This document shows, one piece after another, positions 61,047 to 64,000 of a stretch of 64,000 nucleotides of DNA. Below the pieces are notes generated by a model. It made no database searches and was not told where the DNA came from. It saw only the letters and a list, made by a program, of their open reading frames with translations. The DNA comes from Rhodospirillales bacterium (GTDB lineage: Bacteria > Pseudomonadota > Alphaproteobacteria > Rhodospirillales > Casp-alpha2). Numbering within the stretch: position 1 is the first letter of the stretch; each line of letters opens with the position of its first letter. The stretch covers positions 14,717 through 78,716 of the forward strand of contig JBNPEI010000001.1 in the NCBI GenBank assembly GCA_051117645.1, given 5' to 3'. Position numbers and translations under genes: made by a program.

Positions 61047-61883
61047 TCACAACGATTCTGTCTTTATTTTGTCGATTTTGAGCGGATCGAAAAGCGGCCA
61101 TGATGCCGTTTTGTAGTAGTCTTCGATAAGCCACAAAGCGCCTTCTTCTGCACTCTCATCGTCGAGGTCGCCTAACCAGGCAAACTCTGGTTTCCGCCAA
61201 TGCTGAAAGTCGTCAACGAACAGGAGTTCGCGGCTGGGTTTGCCTCTCGGATAGAGATAGTTTTCCTGGGCCACAACACTTAGCATCGCTATGACACAGC
61301 GGCGGAACGGCGATTCCTCAAAATGCCGTATACGCTCGACTACTTCATCCGCTCGCTCCGGCTGGAGGGCACCGGAGATATCGGATTTCTGCGTCCTTAC
61401 AAAGTCTGGATCCCAAACACCAATAGGCGAAAAATAATGATCCCATTTGGAGACTGGTTCAGCCTCATCAATCTTTTCTAACTCAGCATGCTCAGCACAT
61501 AGAGTCGCTATTAGACCGGGCCATAGTCGGGCCCGACCGGGCTGGCCGCAAACATCACAGACCTGATGAGAAATAGCTTTGATAGTCTGCGTGGCACCCC
61601 ATACCTTCTTGTCTCGTGGCATCGAGGTGTAAATCGTCAGGCCACCAAACTTTTCCTTCACCTGGGTTATCTGAAGATCAGGACGACCGTCTGCACGAAG
61701 ACCTGAGAGAACTTCGCAAATGACTTGGATCAGGTGATACCAGCCAGGGCCGCATGCCAGTCCTTTGCCGTAGCCTTTCGCGTCGCCGCGCAGAACCTGA
61801 TCGTGAAACAGCGACTCGTGCTCTGACAGAATCCGATCCTGCGCTTCTTTGCGTTCCGCCTTCTCGCCCTCGGTCAGCGGCAT
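61047..61883 (-). CDS. hypothetical Cys-rich protein, paralogue B (CGPGW / QVKEKFG / CxxCG...CAEH)
   Basis: 278-aa ORF, a paralogue of 59290-60132 (see above). Confidence 0.65.
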   Translation of the reverse strand: MPLTEGEKAERKEAQDRILSEHESLFHDQVLRGDAKGYGKGLACGPGWYHLIQVICEVLSGLRADGRPDLQITQVKEKFGGLTIYTSMPRDKKVWGATQTIKAISHQVCDVCGQPGRARLWPGLIATLCAEHAELEKIDEAEPVSKWDHYFSPIGVWDPDFVRTQKSDISGALQPERADEVVERIRHFEESPFRRCVIAMLSVVAQENYLYPRGKPSRELLFVDDFQHWRKPEFAWLGDLDDESAEEGALWLIEDYYKTASWPLFDPLKIDKIKTESL

Positions 61884-61889
61884 AGGGCC

Positions 61890-62423
61890 TTACTTCTTCT
61901 TTCGCGGTCGCCCGGTTCGCTCGTGATCAGTCTTGCCAAGCGGCACCGGCCGCTCCTTGGCGATCTTGGATCGCAGCTTGGACGAATTCGGCGCAATCAT
62001 CGGATAATCGCGCGGAAGCCCCCATTTTGTCCGGTACTGATCCGGGTTCATATTGTAACTTGTCTTAAGATACCGGGTCAGCATCTTCAGCTTCTTCCCA
62101 TCCTCCAGGCATACGATGTGGTCGGGCTTCACAGATTTGTCGATCGGCACCGCAGGTCCATCACGTTCCGGATGGCGCGCACCCATGTCCTTGGTCTTCT
62201 CTCGCTCCGCCGCCGCGGCATCGCGGATAAAGCCAGAGGCTGGCCCACCTGCCACCTGCCCGCTTGCCGCACCCTGCAGCGTACCGAAAACATCGCTGAA
62301 AACCTCGCCAAAGGACTTTCCCTTTTCAACCGCGCCTGAGGAAAACATAGTGTTCGTGGCTTCCGTCGCCAGACGAACCAGTTCCATATCGTCGCTTTTG
62401 CTTTTAGCATCGCCATCCGCCAC
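61890..62423 (-). CDS. MucR/Ros-family transcriptional regulator, zinc-ligand-deficient variant
   Basis: 177-aa ORF. The C-terminal region HIVCLEDGKKLKMLTRYLKTSYNMNPDQYRTKWGLPRDYPMIAPN aligns with Ros [44 protein letters not shown]. Three of the four Cys2His2 ligand positions are substituted. Confidence 0.85.
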   Translation of the reverse strand: MADGDAKSKSDDMELVRLATEATNTMFSSGAVEKGKSFGEVFSDVFGTLQGAASGQVAGGPASGFIRDAAAAEREKTKDMGARHPERDGPAVPIDKSVKPDHIVCLEDGKKLKMLTRYLKTSYNMNPDQYRTKWGLPRDYPMIAPNSSKLRSKIAKERPVPLGKTDHERTGRPRKKK

Positions 62424-62607
62424 AGTATAACTCTCCTAATCAAAAGAATGATGGGAGAATAATAGCACATAGCCCAGGCAATTCAAAAGAAAGAACATGG
62501 CTATGCAATATTATCGTTTATACCAAGTCACGGACTTACGGGCGGGCAATGCATTACAGTTCACTTGCAATGATCCCCGCGGCGCCGATTCCGCCGATCG
62601 TCTGCGC

Positions 62608-62937
62608 TCATGGCCTTCTCGCGGCCTCCTCGGCGCGGTGCTCAAGGTAACGTCGCAGCGTCTTTTCGATGTTCTCGGCGCCGATCGGGTTCGCGCTGTG
62701 CACCACGAAATCAAACATTGGTGGAATAAACCCCGGCTCGTCGAGATCCTGGCCAATTAAAAAATGAACGACCGCCATCGCGGTGTCGTCACCACCCAGG
62801 TCGTGGTCGAATGAGATCAGGCTTGGGCAACCTTCGCTCTCCAAATGCTCGATTGCTGCAGCCGAGGTCCGAACCACGGTCCAAATGCCATTTCCTGGCG
62901 GGTCTCGAAGGTCGTCTATGAAGAGTCGGTTTGCCAT
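62608..62937 (-). CDS. receiver-like small protein (resembles phage-type cyclic-phosphate-processing receiver, cREC)
   Basis: 109-aa ORF with LFIDDLRDPP...W.VVRT...A...L......ISFDHDLG...VHSANP. The pattern matches my memory of the cREC/REC-like family common in phages and mobile elements. Confidence 0.5.
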   Translation of the reverse strand: MANRLFIDDLRDPPGNGIWTVVRTSAAAIEHLESEGCPSLISFDHDLGGDDTAMAVVHFLIGQDLDEPGFIPPMFDFVVHSANPIGAENIEKTLRRYLEHRAEEAARRP

Positions 62938-63119
62938 ACGGTCACATTCTCCCTACCCGTCGCCGGAAGGCCTAGAAGCTATATAATTTCGGTTATGTTC
63001 GTCGGTTCTGAATTCGATGGCACTAACAACAATCTTGAATATAAATGACCCATTGGCCTGGCCAAGCCATGCTGGTTATTTGGCTGCGAAGCCAAACTCG
63101 GATTGACGCCAATTCTAAC

Positions 63120-63653
63120 CTAGATAGCTAAAGGTGCCTGATTTTCAGACTGAGGCTCTCCTGGCTTGTCCCAGACGGGCGACACCTTCTTCCATGCCGC
63201 TTTCAGGTCCGATGCCATTCTCATGTCGTCGTTACTCGCCATCAAGTCAGCGAAAAGCAACGTCATCTCCTCGACGTTTCGGGCCGTCAGGACGTCATCC
63301 AATTTGCGGCTCATGACTTCCTTGGCCCATGCGATTGGGTCTGGCGCGCATTCCGGGTCGTACCAACCAAGTGCCCAAAAATTCTCAACGTCGACGTCAT
63401 CGAAGGGACCAATGATGTGGAAGACCTTTCCGTAATTCTTGGCAATCTCGACAGCTTCGGCTGGAATCTCACCGTTAAAGTTAGATTCCAGTCGGATCTC
63501 TTCGAGAGTGTAATCTTCGTATACGAAGGCGTTGTCTGCGAACTCTGACCGAACATGTTCGAGCAGGTCATCGACGCCCTTCTCGGCTACCCAGAGCTTC
63601 GGCTTGTCGGTCGACCTTGGCATTTCAACGACTATGATCGGTTGCTGTTTCAT
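63120..63653 (-). CDS. hypothetical acidic protein
   Basis: 177-aa ORF that is Asp/Glu-rich. I recognise no domain. Confidence 0.5.
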   Translation of the reverse strand: MKQQPIIVVEMPRSTDKPKLWVAEKGVDDLLEHVRSEFADNAFVYEDYTLEEIRLESNFNGEIPAEAVEIAKNYGKVFHIIGPFDDVDVENFWALGWYDPECAPDPIAWAKEVMSRKLDDVLTARNVEEMTLLFADLMASNDDMRMASDLKAAWKKVSPVWDKPGEPQSENQAPLAI

Positions 63654-63667
63654 TTGGCGGGTCCTTA

Positions 63668-63973
63668 TTAGTTTAGTTGCGCAAGAGCTTCCAAATACGT
63701 CCCCTCGGCTTCGGTTTTTACCGCGCTATCTGGGAGCCCGTTTGTCGCCGCATACGACAGAATCCCGTGCTTCGCGACGGCCTTGTCCAGGGCGCCGTCG
63801 ATCAACCTATAACGAGCTTCGTCGCTGTTATTGTCGTACGTCTGCTGCGACATGCGCTTTTGATCGTAGAGAACGGCCCAGAGTTCGGTCGCCCGATCGG
63901 CAATCCTGCGCCGGATCGAATTGATTTCTGTGACGGTCGCCTGCGGATTTTCCTCGATGGCGCAGTACGCCAT
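63668..63973 (-). CDS. hypothetical protein
   Basis: 101-aa ORF, 14 nt upstream of the next minus-strand gene. I recognise no domain. Confidence 0.45.
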   Translation of the reverse strand: MAYCAIEENPQATVTEINSIRRRIADRATELWAVLYDQKRMSQQTYDNNSDEARYRLIDGALDKAVAKHGILSYAATNGLPDSAVKTEAEGTYLEALAQLN

Positions 63974-64000
63974 CGACTGAACCGATCTCGCGAGATAATC

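Overview
The window comes from a high-G+C chromosome whose gene order looks alphaproteobacterial. Positions 1-25.3 kb are a housekeeping block, entirely on the minus strand: acyl-CoA ligase, cNMP-EAL, LOG, moaE/moaD/moeA/mobB, pgsA, uvrC, folB, SDR, CaCA antiporter, rppH, yibQ-like, ctpA, envC-like, gpmI, rlmH, rsfS, nadD, ytoQ-like, proA, proB, obgE, rpmA, rplU. The block ends at a tRNA-Ser(CGA) gene (25314-25403). Directly after the tRNA the sequence becomes visibly AT-richer (judged by eye, not computed). A genomic island of more than 38 kb begins there and runs past the window end. The island contains IS66 debris, a frameshifted PD-(D/E)XK nuclease operon and a GmrSD-type type IV restriction enzyme. 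Its most striking feature is a ~19.9 kb string of ten co-directional genes, most joined by overlapping or abutting stop/start codons (two short gaps of 9 and 61 nt). This string joins a class 1-like DISARM system carrying both methyltransferases (drmMII-drmD-drmMI-drmA-drmB-drmC), a Vsr endonuclease, a SIR2-APAZ/short-pAgo (SPARSA-type) pair and a trypsin-like protease. Further along are a thermonuclease pair and a repeat-built membrane protein. Next comes an apparently non-coding ~385-nt locus with its own promoter and terminator, built from tandem two-hairpin modules. This locus is the best candidate for something undescribed. After it come two tandem paralogous cassettes (Cys-rich QVKEK(F/Y)G protein plus metallophosphoesterase), a MucR/Ros homologue that appears to lack zinc ligands, and a receiver-like (cREC-type) protein. 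All functional calls rest on motif recognition by eye. No database search was run.
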